From a candidate division CPR3 bacterium GWF2_35_18 (GTDB lineage Bacteria; Patescibacteriota; CPR3; GWF2-35-18), in NCBI GenBank assembly GCA_001771135.1, contig MESW01000006.1, positions 4,870 through 68,869 on the forward strand: DNA of 64,000 bases, written 5' to 3'. A program made the translations under genes and the position numbers. Below the pieces are notes generated by a model that ran no database searches, was not told the origin of the DNA, and worked only from the letters and a program-made list of their open reading frames with translations. Shown here one piece after another: positions 26,774 to 37,291 of the stretch (positions are counted from its first letter, which is position 1; each line of letters begins with the position of its first letter).

Positions 26774-28576
26774 CTAATTGCTTTGAATATCAAATCTAGA
26801 GCTCCAGATCGCATCGGTCCCCGGAGAACGAAGATTGAAAACAAAAAGAAATCTTCCGGGATCAAGATTGACGTAGGTATCGTCGTAATAAATACGCATG
26901 CTTTCAGTCTGTTTTGCTCCAACTACAACCTCAATCGATTTTATATTGGCAACAACGGTAAGATCAAGTTCGGTTAGTTTTGCTCTCACCTCTTCCGGAG
27001 TAAAACCTCCATTTGCTGAAGAGGGTAAATTATCATTATATTCCTCTGGTAAAAGTGCGGCATTTGCCATATCTGCCACCTCTTCTTTGGAAAGCCAGGG
27101 ATCGTCACCCCAAGATTTGTGATACCAGGGAGAATCTCCATAGCCCGGACCATCAAATGGTTTTCCAGTACTATCAACGTCAATAAGGCTCAAAGCATAC
27201 GGACGATATCCACCCCAAACCTCTTCAGAAGAAAGGGTTGATCCGCCGGCAGTCGAAGCATAATAAGCGGTAATCGGAACTCCGCTTGAGAGCAAGACCA
27301 TTCCTTTTGTCTCAGTCACCGCTTGTGCCCATCTCTCATCTTTGACATGTCCGATAAAGACCTGACAGGCTTGAGTAGTACAAATTGATTTGGCGTTGGG
27401 ATCATTTTTATATTCGGTATAATTTTGATAGTTGGCATAACTAATATAAGCAAGAGCATAACTTCGCGCGGCAATAGCTTGCGCTTTTAAGGCTTCCATT
27501 GACCAAGACGAAGGCATCTCCCCGATTCCTTTTAAATAGAGATCTTCAAAGGAAATCCATCCATAACCGTCAACTTTGATTTTTTCGGGAACCGGATAAG
27601 CGCTAGTTCCTGCGTCCAAACCCGTAATTGTCGTGTTGGCATAATAAGAATGCAAAATCGTTCTCACTGTCTGACCCGCCAAAGCTCTTCCATAAGCACC
27701 ATACTGATTCATTCCTACCCGATGCGGAAAACCATAACTCCAAAAGCTATAAAAATCACCACTTGTTTTCGAGGGAGTTCCTTCCGAGATTACTCCACCA
27801 TTTTGTTCTTTGGAACCAACACTGGTGGAAGCGGCTGCGGCCGCCGCTTTTGCCGCCAAAATCTGTTGTTCTTTGGCTGATAAATTGGCGATATCTTTTG
27901 TAATTCCGGTAAGCTGTGAAGCTAATTGATTTTGCGTATTTCGCGCTGAAGCAATTTGCGAATTCAAATATACTTCTTGTGCTTCCAAGTGAACTTTTTG
28001 ATTTTCCAAGTCGATTTTATCTTCAGCCATTTGGGTCTTATCTCTCTCTAGAGCCGCCCGTTCCCGATTCAAAACGTCAATTTTATCCTTAAGATCAGTA
28101 ATATTCTTTTTATCTTCGTTGATCACGTTCATGCGGTAAACATATTCTGTATTTACCTTGTTGAAATCATCGGAAAGAAATAAATAGCTTAAGGGTGGGT
28201 ATTGAGAGTTTTTATAAAGATCGCGGATTCGCGCGGAGATTAAAGAAGTTTGATAATTCACTTCTTCCTCTCGAGTTTTGATATTGGTCTCATTTTCACT
28301 AATTTCCTGCTGTTTGGCGTTCAGTTTGGCGACGGCATTCGCGTACTCACTTCGCGCTAAATAAAGATCATTGGTCATCTGCGAAAGCTGAGAGGCTAAC
28401 GTACCTTCATATTGCTTCGCTTGAAAAAGTTGACTCTCTGTTTGTTGTTTTTCCTGTTCCTTAGCTTCTTTTTCTTTGACCGTATCATCAAGCTCATCCG
28501 CAAAGGTATACGGAATAACCAGGTTTAAAAGCAAAGAGATCGCGACAAAAATGGTAAGCAGTTTTCTAGTTTTCAT
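26774..28576 (-). CDS. secreted coiled-coil protein with a C-terminal SpoIID/LytB domain (cell-wall remodelling)
   Basis: Signal peptide. About 230 aa of coiled coil, as in PcsB-type hydrolase regulators. SpoIID/LytB signature …HRVGMNQYGAYGRALAGQTVRTILHSYYANTTI…. Confidence 0.7.
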   Translation of the reverse strand: MKTRKLLTIFVAISLLLNLVIPYTFADELDDTVKEKEAKEQEKQQTESQLFQAKQYEGTLASQLSQMTNDLYLARSEYANAVAKLNAKQQEISENETNIKTREEEVNYQTSLISARIRDLYKNSQYPPLSYLFLSDDFNKVNTEYVYRMNVINEDKKNITDLKDKIDVLNRERAALERDKTQMAEDKIDLENQKVHLEAQEVYLNSQIASARNTQNQLASQLTGITKDIANLSAKEQQILAAKAAAAAASTSVGSKEQNGGVISEGTPSKTSGDFYSFWSYGFPHRVGMNQYGAYGRALAGQTVRTILHSYYANTTITGLDAGTSAYPVPEKIKVDGYGWISFEDLYLKGIGEMPSSWSMEALKAQAIAARSYALAYISYANYQNYTEYKNDPNAKSICTTQACQVFIGHVKDERWAQAVTETKGMVLLSSGVPITAYYASTAGGSTLSSEEVWGGYRPYALSLIDVDSTGKPFDGPGYGDSPWYHKSWGDDPWLSKEEVADMANAALLPEEYNDNLPSSANGGFTPEEVRAKLTELDLTVVANIKSIEVVVGAKQTESMRIYYDDTYVNLDPGRFLFVFNLRSPGTDAIWSSRFDIQSN

Positions 28577-28625
28577 AAAAAATTAATCAAACACTTAATA
28601 TCAGTTTACCAAAAATTCCACCAAG

Positions 28626-30551
28626 TTAAAAATCTTTAAATTTAAAGACAAAGATACAACCCTCTTCATTATAATTATCCAAACAGTAATCGTGAGTTAC
28701 ATAGCTTAATTCTAAAGCCTCATTTTGTTGTAATTCGGCAATTGAAAATGTATGTTCTCGCATCGGTTGCAATTTGGAATCCCAGACAAAATACTGCAGA
28801 TGGTTTTCTTTCACAATCTGCTGCAAACTGGAATCCTCTTTCAATTTATCCAGATTACTAAGGACTGTATAGCGATTTTGAAACTGATCTTCGGAAATAC
28901 TTTGCAATCCTTTATAGGGAAAGGTCAAAGGAATTTCGGTGAGAATCCCGATCCAATCGACAAAATCACTGGATCGATAATCAATTCCCCCAGAATAGAG
29001 ATAATGAATAAAAATGTCATTTAGAATCATCGTTTCAGGAAGAATCTCTTGAGATTGAAAGTAATCATAAACCGCAAAGATCTCTCTCTCCGGTGTTCGA
29101 ATAAACATCGTCGTGCGAAAAACTACCGCTTCTACAATTAGAGTTACAATCGAAAAAGTAAGAATCAGATAACTTGTCAGTGACTTCAAAAAAACACTCG
29201 GTGTTTTTTTAAACCACTCCCAGATAAAGTTCAAACCAAAAGCAGCCATCACACAGCTTGAGAAAATCATAAATTCGGTAATTCTCTGGATATCAAATAA
29301 AGGAAAGAAAAGGTTATATATTGACCCAAAAAGGTTAACAAAGACAACATCAATATAAATAAAAAGCACCAAAAGAAAACTAAAGATAACAAAAATAATT
29401 GGCTTTTTAGATGACTCCGATTGGCGATAATTTTTTTTAATCTGTGTTAACCCAGTCATAATAAAGACCGGAAAAACAATATTCACTAAAATAAAAAAAT
29501 AATTTAACCAATAAGAAAAAAAATTATTTATCTTCTCTCCGAAACCCAAGCTGGTATTGATCTGTATCTGAACTAAAGTACTTAGAACAAAATCAACTCC
29601 TCGGAACTGAATCAATCTTTGAATTACAAAAATTAAAAGTACTTGAAGTAAAAGTAAGCTTATATTTTGCCATTTGATTAACTTTTTCCCCTGGGTAAGG
29701 AAATAAATTCCCACGAAAATCAGAGTCATAAAGAATTCAGGAGAATGAATAAAAAATAAACCCAAACCTAAAAATAAAGTTAAGACTGTTAACTTTAAAC
29801 TTTTTGTATGAAGGGTTTTTATAAAAACAGCTAGATACTGCCACATAAAAGTAATCCCCCACAAAAAAGATAAACCTCCCCAAACACTTGGTCGAACTGG
29901 AAACAAAGAAAATAAGGGAGAAACAAAAGCGGTTAATAAAGAAATTCTACGATTTTTAAATACCGTGTTTGTAAGCAGATACAAAGAAATCGGCATCATA
30001 GAAACAATCAAAATGGTGGAAATATTGAGATTTTTTTCGATTGGATAATTGGTAACTTGATGAATTAAAGCTACAAAAGCATGCAATCCAAAAGGATAAA
30101 ATCTCTCAAAACCGAAACCGGTTTCAGTGATCTTTTTTACCAAACTGTAGTGAAAAGTAGTGTCATCCGCCGGAAGCGGAAAAGGATTCCCATAATATGT
30201 ATAGATCTGGACTAGCAGTAGTATTAACGTGGGAATAATTACAAAAATCCAGTCTTTGGAAAAATGAAATGAGCTGTTTTTAAGTGATTGCAACACAAAG
30301 CCTAATTGTCGATATTTAAAAAGGAGGTAAAAAACTAAAACAACGCAAAAGGAAATTAGAACTGTCTGCAATCTAAACGGGATTGCCATTTTTGAATAAA
30401 CGAAAAACAAAATTGCGTAAAAGGAAAGCGAGAGAAAAGGCACTAATGAAATTAGCAACTTATCAAATTTTTGCTTGTCTACCAAAAACCCCAATAGCAA
30501 TAGTCCTGGAAAAGTTAATAATAAAATAATAATTAAGATAGAAATAGTCAT
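28626..30551 (-). CDS. polytopic membrane protein, GT-C-fold glycosyltransferase-like (paralog 1)
   Basis: 12 or more TM helices. First extracytoplasmic loop carries PLPADDTTFHYSLVKKITETGFGFERFYPFGLHAFVALIHQ (a DD motif as in GT-C enzymes). Soluble C-terminal domain of about 150 aa. Paralogous to 30557..32191. Confidence 0.4.
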   Translation of the reverse strand: MTISILIIILLLTFPGLLLLGFLVDKQKFDKLLISLVPFLSLSFYAILFFVYSKMAIPFRLQTVLISFCVVLVFYLLFKYRQLGFVLQSLKNSSFHFSKDWIFVIIPTLILLLVQIYTYYGNPFPLPADDTTFHYSLVKKITETGFGFERFYPFGLHAFVALIHQVTNYPIEKNLNISTILIVSMMPISLYLLTNTVFKNRRISLLTAFVSPLFSLFPVRPSVWGGLSFLWGITFMWQYLAVFIKTLHTKSLKLTVLTLFLGLGLFFIHSPEFFMTLIFVGIYFLTQGKKLIKWQNISLLLLQVLLIFVIQRLIQFRGVDFVLSTLVQIQINTSLGFGEKINNFFSYWLNYFFILVNIVFPVFIMTGLTQIKKNYRQSESSKKPIIFVIFSFLLVLFIYIDVVFVNLFGSIYNLFFPLFDIQRITEFMIFSSCVMAAFGLNFIWEWFKKTPSVFLKSLTSYLILTFSIVTLIVEAVVFRTTMFIRTPEREIFAVYDYFQSQEILPETMILNDIFIHYLYSGGIDYRSSDFVDWIGILTEIPLTFPYKGLQSISEDQFQNRYTVLSNLDKLKEDSSLQQIVKENHLQYFVWDSKLQPMREHTFSIAELQQNEALELSYVTHDYCLDNYNEEGCIFVFKFKDF

Positions 30552-30556
30552 GGTAT

Positions 30557-32191
30557 TTAAAAATCACTATTTATCTGAAATATGTAAACGCAGTTTTCAA
30601 AAACTTCTTCATTACATTGAGCTGAAGAAGAGTATATTTGACTAAAGATGTCCTTTTGCTTTAAAAAATTCATGTTTAGATATTCATGATGATGATTCTG
30701 CCTTACATTTTCAGACCAATAAACATATTGAAGATTCTCTTCCTGAATATATTGTTGCACCAGCTTATCCTGCTTTATTGATTGAATATTTTCAAGAACA
30801 TAAAGTCTTTTTTGCATCTTTTCATTACTCGCAGTCTCAATATAGGGAAACGTAACTTTTGATTTTGTCAGAACATTTATCCAACTGGCTGAATCAACAG
30901 CTCTATATACTTTTTGTCCAGCACTATAACCCCAACAAATATCATTTAAAATAAGTCCCTCCTCCAAATTATTATCAATCCATTTTATCGATTCTACAAC
31001 CTCTTTGGTTGGAGAATTTTTAATGACGTTAGTTTTCAACACAATTGAAAATAAAATAATCGGAACTAAAACAAAAACAATAGTTAGATATAACCACATT
31101 GATTTTTGGAGATGGCGATCTGAATTGCGATACCAGGTAATAAAACTTTGTAGCCCGAAGCTCGCAAAATAAGCAATCGGAAAGGTAAAAAATTCAAAAA
31201 AACGAAACTGATCTGCCCAAGGAAAGGTAAATTTATACAGGAAATGGAACAAATGCAAAGTGCTTATATCTAAATATATTAATAATAGTAAAACTAAAAA
31301 AGTAAAAGTTATTTTATCGGAAGACTCCAAATTTTTTCTATGTAACCTCGTTAAGATTCCCCAAATGCAAAAAACTAGCAGTGTTAGATTCACTGAGGAA
31401 ACGAGGTAACCTGGACCCATAAGGATAAAATCCTGTAACCATTTGAAAAAAGAGGTCGGAAGATAGGACAATCCCCAAAACCCAACCGTAACTGGAAAAA
31501 TAGTATGAATCAGATAGTAAATCAAAGTAAAAACGCTCAGGTTTAAAATTATCCATAAGTATAGATTAATGTCTTTGATAGATTTTTTCCAATTAACGAT
31601 AAAGTAAATAGTTAAGAATAAAGCGGAAGTAACAAGTTCTGGACTGTGAATTAAAAATAATCCTACCGCCAAGATAACACTAATCAGAATTTTAATGATT
31701 TTTTTACTCTCCAGGGAAGAAATTGTAAATCCGAGATAAAACCATAAAAACGTAAGTCCCCACAGAAAAGGATAGCCTCCCCATCTATAAGGACTAAGTC
31801 CAAAAACACAAGCAAGGGGTGTTATTATTGCAATCAGTAAGGAAACTTTCTCGTTTTTGGTCAAAACTTTAGCTAAATAATAAAAAGAAAACGGTAAAAG
31901 AGAAACTACAAATACTGTTGTTCCAAACAAAAGATACTCTATGGGAATATTCGTAATCTGATATAAAAACGCCACAATAATATGCATCAGAAAAGGGTAA
32001 AAACCCTGCATATCAATTCTTCCTAAAGCAACGATCTCCTTTATATATTCATAATGGATAATCGTGTCATCTCCGGTTAAAGGAAAAGAGGTTACCGAAA
32101 AAGAATATAGCTGTATCGATGCTAAAAATAAAGCAATTACGGTTAAAATCAGAATATTTTTTCTTTGGTTTAAAAAAGTTATTAGATTCAT
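30557..32191 (-). CDS. polytopic membrane protein, GT-C-fold glycosyltransferase-like (paralog 2)
   Basis: Same architecture. First-loop motif FPLTGDDTIIHYEYIKEIVALGRIDMQGFYPFLMHIIVAFLYQ aligns with that of paralog 1. Confidence 0.4.
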   Translation of the reverse strand: MNLITFLNQRKNILILTVIALFLASIQLYSFSVTSFPLTGDDTIIHYEYIKEIVALGRIDMQGFYPFLMHIIVAFLYQITNIPIEYLLFGTTVFVVSLLPFSFYYLAKVLTKNEKVSLLIAIITPLACVFGLSPYRWGGYPFLWGLTFLWFYLGFTISSLESKKIIKILISVILAVGLFLIHSPELVTSALFLTIYFIVNWKKSIKDINLYLWIILNLSVFTLIYYLIHTIFPVTVGFWGLSYLPTSFFKWLQDFILMGPGYLVSSVNLTLLVFCIWGILTRLHRKNLESSDKITFTFLVLLLLIYLDISTLHLFHFLYKFTFPWADQFRFFEFFTFPIAYFASFGLQSFITWYRNSDRHLQKSMWLYLTIVFVLVPIILFSIVLKTNVIKNSPTKEVVESIKWIDNNLEEGLILNDICWGYSAGQKVYRAVDSASWINVLTKSKVTFPYIETASNEKMQKRLYVLENIQSIKQDKLVQQYIQEENLQYVYWSENVRQNHHHEYLNMNFLKQKDIFSQIYSSSAQCNEEVFENCVYIFQINSDF

Positions 32192-33063
32192 AAATCATTC
32201 TTCGTAAACACAATCTCGATACTTTCTTTATTAAAAAATATTAAGGGAATAAATAAGGGTGAGGTTAGAATAAAAGCTAATTCTCGAGCTCCAATCAGCT
32301 TTACCTTTTGATAAATATATCTTTGCATCAAATAAAGAAGATATAAATAGTCAGAAATTGGAAAGTGTTTATTGGCTGTTACTTTGAAACCCGATTTTTC
32401 AAGTAATAAAATCAGACCTCGATGGGAAAAATGGTTAAGGTGTCTCGGAATATCAGCGTTCGATGGCCATTCTGCTTTAAAAGTTCGAGACCAAAAACCA
32501 TCAAATCTCGGTAATTCTAGATACAATATCCCATCATCTTTCAAGATTCTCTTCAGCTCTTTTAATATTTGTTCAGGAATTTCTAAATGTTCTAATACAT
32601 GATTCAAAGTAATCACATCAAAAAACTGATCCGCATATTTCAACTTTTCACTCTTATAGCAATCAACTTTTAAATCTCTTTTTTTACTTAATTTATAAGC
32701 AGAAAGACTTGCATCAATACCATAACGATCCCATCGCTTTACTGAAAATGTTTCCAAAAAACTGCCGTCTCCACACCCAAAATCAAGAATTTTCCCCTGT
32801 TTTTTATACTTTGATATTTTCTTTTGTCTGGGAGTATATATAAAAAGTTTTTTGATTCTAAATAAAGTTTTTTGAATAACACCCTCCCCTTGATAGTATT
32901 GCTCTGGATAGAATTCATTATCTGGAGACTGACGGGGAAAAGTAAATCCAGAGCGACATATCGGACAGATTTGAATGCGATAAATTCCTATCGAAGCGTA
33001 CTCGCTTAAGGAATTATTACAGCATAAACATTGTCGACCTTTTTTACCATTATGTTTAACCAA
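32188..33063 (-). CDS. class I SAM-dependent methyltransferase with an N-terminal zinc ribbon
   Basis: Zn ribbon CLCCNN…CPICRSG. Motif I ILDFGCGDGSFLE. Post-I acidic residue and motif II present. Confidence 0.8.
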   Translation of the reverse strand: MVKHNGKKGRQCLCCNNSLSEYASIGIYRIQICPICRSGFTFPRQSPDNEFYPEQYYQGEGVIQKTLFRIKKLFIYTPRQKKISKYKKQGKILDFGCGDGSFLETFSVKRWDRYGIDASLSAYKLSKKRDLKVDCYKSEKLKYADQFFDVITLNHVLEHLEIPEQILKELKRILKDDGILYLELPRFDGFWSRTFKAEWPSNADIPRHLNHFSHRGLILLLEKSGFKVTANKHFPISDYLYLLYLMQRYIYQKVKLIGARELAFILTSPLFIPLIFFNKESIEIVFTKNDL

Positions 33064-33898
33064 TAGTAGTTCCTTTATAAGTGAAAAAGTTAAATAATTT
33101 AATAATAATTTTATTAGGAAGTAACAATAGTAGCATTTCTAAAAGATATCGCCAAACACCTCTAAAGCTGATAAATGGTTTTTTAAAAATCCACTTTTTC
33201 TTAATTTTTAAGGTTAAAATTAGCATTCTCTTTACTCTATTTAACTTGTAACTTTGTTCTGATATCCGGTATTGAATTAGAAAGTCAGGTAAATTTACAA
33301 GTTGATACTTATGAAAAGCAAATTGAAACCAAAGGTCGTATTCTTCCGCTCCGGGAAAGTTGGAATCATATTTTCCGCCCAAAGTTTTCATATCTGATAC
33401 TCTAATCATCGTCGCTGGATGACAAAGTGGAGATCTAACTGGTAATTCAGATATGATTTCTTTTGAACTGACTTTGTAATTTCTGACTGTAAGTAATTCT
33501 CCTGTTTCGTTAATAATCTGAACCTGTCCCCCAACAGCCGCATAATCTGGGTTAGATTCTAAAAAAGCCACCTGTTTTTCAATTCGTTGTTTTATACAAA
33601 TATCATCCTGATCTATAACCATATAATATTTACCCCGAAGATGAGACAAGCCTACATTGCGGTTTTTGGCAATTCCGAGGTTAACGGGGTTTTGATAAGA
33701 CTTAATTCTTTTATCTCCACCTGCATATTTTTGAATAATTTGGAGACTGGAATCAGTAGAGCAATCATCGATAACAATAAATTCAAAGTTAGAATAGGAT
33801 TGAGACAAAATACTCTCAATCGTAAATTGAAGATATTTTTCGCCGTTATATACCGGCATGACAATTGAAACTAAAGGTTTATTGAAATCATTTTTCAT
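33056..33898 (-). CDS. glycosyltransferase family 2
   Basis: VSIVMPVYNGEKYLQFTIESILSQSYSNFEFIVIDDCSTDSS and a DxD-type motif downstream. Confidence 0.85.
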   Translation of the reverse strand: MKNDFNKPLVSIVMPVYNGEKYLQFTIESILSQSYSNFEFIVIDDCSTDSSLQIIQKYAGGDKRIKSYQNPVNLGIAKNRNVGLSHLRGKYYMVIDQDDICIKQRIEKQVAFLESNPDYAAVGGQVQIINETGELLTVRNYKVSSKEIISELPVRSPLCHPATMIRVSDMKTLGGKYDSNFPGAEEYDLWFQFAFHKYQLVNLPDFLIQYRISEQSYKLNRVKRMLILTLKIKKKWIFKKPFISFRGVWRYLLEMLLLLLPNKIIIKLFNFFTYKGTTIG

Positions 33899-34208
33899 GC
33901 AAAGCCTTCTTCCTAACGACCGTTTCTATTCTTTTTTCAATCTTCTCCAATTTCAAAATTATTCGGAAAACCAAATAGAATAAAACTACGATTGATAAAT
34001 AAACAACCGAATCAATTCCTCGTTGAATGTTTATCAAGTTAGCAATCAATACCGTTACGTCTGCGAACCAAACTACCAAAACAACGGCACTCCAAATACA
34101 TGACCAAAATATGAATGACAGAATTGAAAGCTGATGTTTTTTATAATTCACCCAAATTTCGAGTAGCACGGCGGCTACAAAAATGGAAACAACAATTTGT
34201 AGAAACAT
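33888..34208 (-). CDS. small 3-TM membrane protein (DUF2304-like partner of polyprenyl-phosphate GT2 enzymes)
   Basis: 106 aa, three TM helices. Sits between two GT2 genes, an arrangement commonly seen downstream of DPM1-like synthases. Confidence 0.35.
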   Translation of the reverse strand: MFLQIVVSIFVAAVLLEIWVNYKKHQLSILSFIFWSCIWSAVVLVVWFADVTVLIANLINIQRGIDSVVYLSIVVLFYLVFRIILKLEKIEKRIETVVRKKALHEK

Positions 34209-34209
34209 T

Positions 34210-34893
34210 TTATAACTCCTTAATTAAAAGTTTATATATAGTTTCAAAGCCTTTGATAAGTCCTTGTCCTTTAGACATTGAATATTTCGTATATACAGGA
34301 ACGATTATGACTTCTTGATATTTCAGCTTGTTTTTCTTCATCTCTTTCAAAATCTCCAAACTGATTTCCATATCGCGGGAAAGTAGCTTCATTTTTGATA
34401 AAGCCTCTTTTTTGTAACCGCGTAATCCGCATTGAGAATCACGAGTCGTGACTCCAGACAAAAAAGTATTTAAGATGTTTGCGACAGTCACAAATTTTTT
34501 CCGTAAAAAAGGAGTCTTATGTTTATTTGTATCTACTCGAATTCCAAGTACGACTTCACATTTTTCTTGATGAAGCCTTTGATTAACTTTTATAATATCA
34601 CTAGTGAGATGCTGACTATCAGCATCACAAGTAATCACATGTTTATAGTTGTGATCTAAAGCATATTGAAATCCAGTCCTCAAGGCCGCTCCATATCCAA
34701 GATTAACTAGGTGTCTCACATATTGAATTTTATAATTTTTGAGAACATTATTTGTCCGATCAGTACTACCATCATCAACGACAAGAATACTTCTAAAACC
34801 ACCATTTTGGAGATCTTTCACGACATCGCCAATAGTTTTCTCCTCATTAAAAGCGGGAATAATAATTAAAGTATCTTGATTCATTGTTTGCAT
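34210..34893 (-). CDS. GT2 polyprenyl-phosphate sugar synthase (DPM1/GtrB-like, e.g. dolichyl/undecaprenyl-phosphate mannose or glucose synthase)
   Basis: LIIIPAFNEEKTIGDVVKDL…ILVVDDGSTDRT…YGAALRTGF…CDADSQH. About 227 aa, typical of DPM1-like enzymes. Confidence 0.85.
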   Translation of the reverse strand: MQTMNQDTLIIIPAFNEEKTIGDVVKDLQNGGFRSILVVDDGSTDRTNNVLKNYKIQYVRHLVNLGYGAALRTGFQYALDHNYKHVITCDADSQHLTSDIIKVNQRLHQEKCEVVLGIRVDTNKHKTPFLRKKFVTVANILNTFLSGVTTRDSQCGLRGYKKEALSKMKLLSRDMEISLEILKEMKKNKLKYQEVIIVPVYTKYSMSKGQGLIKGFETIYKLLIKEL

Positions 34894-35071
34894 TTTACAT
34901 GAAAAAGTATCTTTTTGGAAAATTTAAAGCTTTAGATATGAAATCACTATTATATTTGATCGTTTCGGCTCCATCCCAAAATTCTTGACAAAATTATAAC
35001 AATACTTTAACCTATCTATAGAGTTTATCTTTAATTCAGCTATAAAATAACTAATTCAGAGGGGGGTGAGA

Positions 35072-35473
35072 ATGAACTCTATGAAAAACTTAAGTAAAAA
35101 GGCTGGTCTCATTCTTGCTCAGGTAGTTACTGTTTTTTCAATTGCAGCCACTCAAATTTATGCCGCTACTATCTCTCAACCTATTTCTTCAGCAACACTT
35201 ACCGTCGGTGGTGTTGTTAACTTAATTGTAAAAATAGTTTTTGGAGTCGGTATTTTAATTTGTGTCATCTTCCTCGTTTTCTATGGTATTAAATATATTA
35301 CCGCCGGTGATGATGTAAAAGCCATTGAAGGGGCTAGAAAAGGAATCACAGGAGCAATTATTGGTTTAATTGTTATCCTATTAACCTTTGCAATTATTAA
35401 GTTAGTTGCAACTTTCTTGGGTGTTAATGGAGGAGATATCTTTAGTATTCTTCCTGACAGCTATAGCTTCTAA
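35072..35473 (+). CDS. small secreted 'pilin-like' protein, paralog 1 (signal peptide plus two-helix hairpin with the conserved YITAGDD…K…AIIGLIV motif)
   Basis: GGGGGG RBS 5 nt upstream of the ATG. Signal peptide …AATQIYA. Mature part: hydrophobic helix (NLIVKIVFGVGILICVIFLVFYGIKYITAGDDVKAIEGARKGITGAIIGLIVILLTFAIIKLV). The topology is as in TrbC/VirB2-type pilins. Paralogous to 37292..37930 and 37940..38479. Confidence 0.5.
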   Translation: MNSMKNLSKKAGLILAQVVTVFSIAATQIYAATISQPISSATLTVGGVVNLIVKIVFGVGILICVIFLVFYGIKYITAGDDVKAIEGARKGITGAIIGLIVILLTFAIIKLVATFLGVNGGDIFSILPDSYSF

Positions 35474-35496
35474 CAAATTTTGTACTTGTCGAAAAA

Positions 35497-35527
35497 CCCC
35501 GGTCAAACCCGGGGTTTTTCTTTTTAG
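35497..35527 (+). terminator. rho-independent terminator
   Basis: AAAACCCCGGgtcaaaCCCGGGGTTTTTCTTTTT directly after the paralog-1 stop. Confidence 0.7.
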
Positions 35528-35750
35528 ACCACATTTTATACCTATACAACTCCAATTTGCAATTCAATTTGTTGTTATATGGGTTAATACTCAACTACTT
35601 TTGTTACAAATTAGAGTTAGTTGAGTATATAATAATCTTAACCTCTTTTTCTTGACGGAACTACTCTTCCCTGCTAAAACTTATTTACAGACATCACACT
35701 TCAAATCAAACCATAAAAGTTGCTAGTGATATCTTAATAGACAAACATTT

Positions 35751-37187
35751 ATGCTGAAGAAATATTTACCCTACTTTTTATTGACAATTATTGTCCTTAC
35801 TTTTTCTTTGACACTTCTGTTGAACCTACAGTATCCACGCGAAATCTGTAATGATGAGTTTTATTATGTACCAGCCGGTCAAACGATCTGGCAAACCCCA
35901 AACGAACCGAACCTTGAACATCATCCTCCTCTCGCAAAATATCTAATCGGTTTTGGAATTATGACTGTAGGAAATTATTCAATTGGTTGGAGACTGATTC
36001 CGGCTTTATTTGGAATTATCGGTTTAATCCTAGTCTTTTTTCTTACTAAAGAAGTTTTATCTCTATCAGCAAATGGAGATCGAAAGGTAACGATTTTTTT
36101 CTCCCTCTTTGCTCCATTTTTACTTGCTTTTGATTTTCTCTATTTCACGATGTCTCGACAGGCGATGCTGGATATCTTTGTTACAACATTTTTAATCGCA
36201 ACCTCTTTATTCATTTGGAAATATATTCAGACGCAACGTAAAATCTTTATTATCTTACTGGCAATATTTTTTGGTTTAGCTCTCGCTTCCAAGTGGACGA
36301 CTATTCTTTTTGCGCCTTTATTTCTATTTTTAACTCTTAAATATACTAAAACCAGAAAAATTCAAAAGAAAAGCTTTAAGATAGTGATGTTTGAATATCT
36401 GCTGATTGGATTAATTGGTGCGACTGTTTATCTTTGTACTTATATCCCCTATCTCCTAAAAAATAATGCTGGTGAATTTATGATTCTGCAAAAAGATATT
36501 TTGGTAAGAATGTTATATACAAAAGAGACAAACGGAGGAGGAACTTCACCATTTAATACAATCTTCTGGCCTTTCTTTCCTAGCAACACCCTCTCCTGCT
36601 ATTTTGACTATGAAGATAATGTTAATCCTCACAGCTTATCGATTATCAGTAATCCTCTAATAATCTGGTTCTTTTGGCCAGTTTTGATCTACAGTTTCTA
36701 TCAAGCTTTCAAGAAAAAAGAGATAAAGCGCTTTTTTATCCCGATAATTATTATTTGTCTCTATCTTCCCTGGCTTGCGGTTGAACGAGAAAAATATTTT
36801 TATTACATGACCCCTGTTATCCCTTTTTTATGTATTTTGATTGCTCAAATGGTCTTTGATTTTATTACAACAAAAGGAAAAAGTGGTTTGAACAACATAA
36901 AACCTCAAAACCCTATTTTTCTCCCAAATAAAGACCTCTTAGATAAAATCATCATCTTTCTTTATAAATTACAGGAAAAAACCCATAAAGGTAAACTCTT
37001 CCAAAAACTTTCGAAAAAAGCAGATACTCTGATTGCAAATAAATTACTAATATATATATTAGTAATTTGTTATCTACTATTAGTTATTTTATTATTCATC
37101 CTCTATTATCCTCTTTTAAATGGTTTACCCGTTTCCGAAAGCTATCGAAATACAGTTACTTTTTTTTGGCCGTTTTTATTTAAATAA
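35751..37187 (+). CDS. GT-C glycosyltransferase of the PMT/ArnT type (GT39/GT83; dolichyl/undecaprenyl-phosphate-sugar : protein or lipid transferase)
   Basis: First-loop motif DEFYYVPAGQTIWQT…LEHHPPLAKYLIGFGI (DE…HPPL.K is diagnostic of the PMT_2/ArnT families). 11 or more TM helices. Confidence 0.75.
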   Translation: MLKKYLPYFLLTIIVLTFSLTLLLNLQYPREICNDEFYYVPAGQTIWQTPNEPNLEHHPPLAKYLIGFGIMTVGNYSIGWRLIPALFGIIGLILVFFLTKEVLSLSANGDRKVTIFFSLFAPFLLAFDFLYFTMSRQAMLDIFVTTFLIATSLFIWKYIQTQRKIFIILLAIFFGLALASKWTTILFAPLFLFLTLKYTKTRKIQKKSFKIVMFEYLLIGLIGATVYLCTYIPYLLKNNAGEFMILQKDILVRMLYTKETNGGGTSPFNTIFWPFFPSNTLSCYFDYEDNVNPHSLSIISNPLIIWFFWPVLIYSFYQAFKKKEIKRFFIPIIIICLYLPWLAVEREKYFYYMTPVIPFLCILIAQMVFDFITTKGKSGLNNIKPQNPIFLPNKDLLDKIIIFLYKLQEKTHKGKLFQKLSKKADTLIANKLLIYILVICYLLLVILLFILYYPLLNGLPVSESYRNTVTFFWPFLFK

Positions 37188-37291
37188 CTTTTTAAAGAAA
37201 GATCGCATTTCCACTTGCCCCCTAATGTTTCCTATGCTAATATTCTTTTGTAAGGGAATTCCATACTTTTGAACTCAAACAAATTGAGCAT

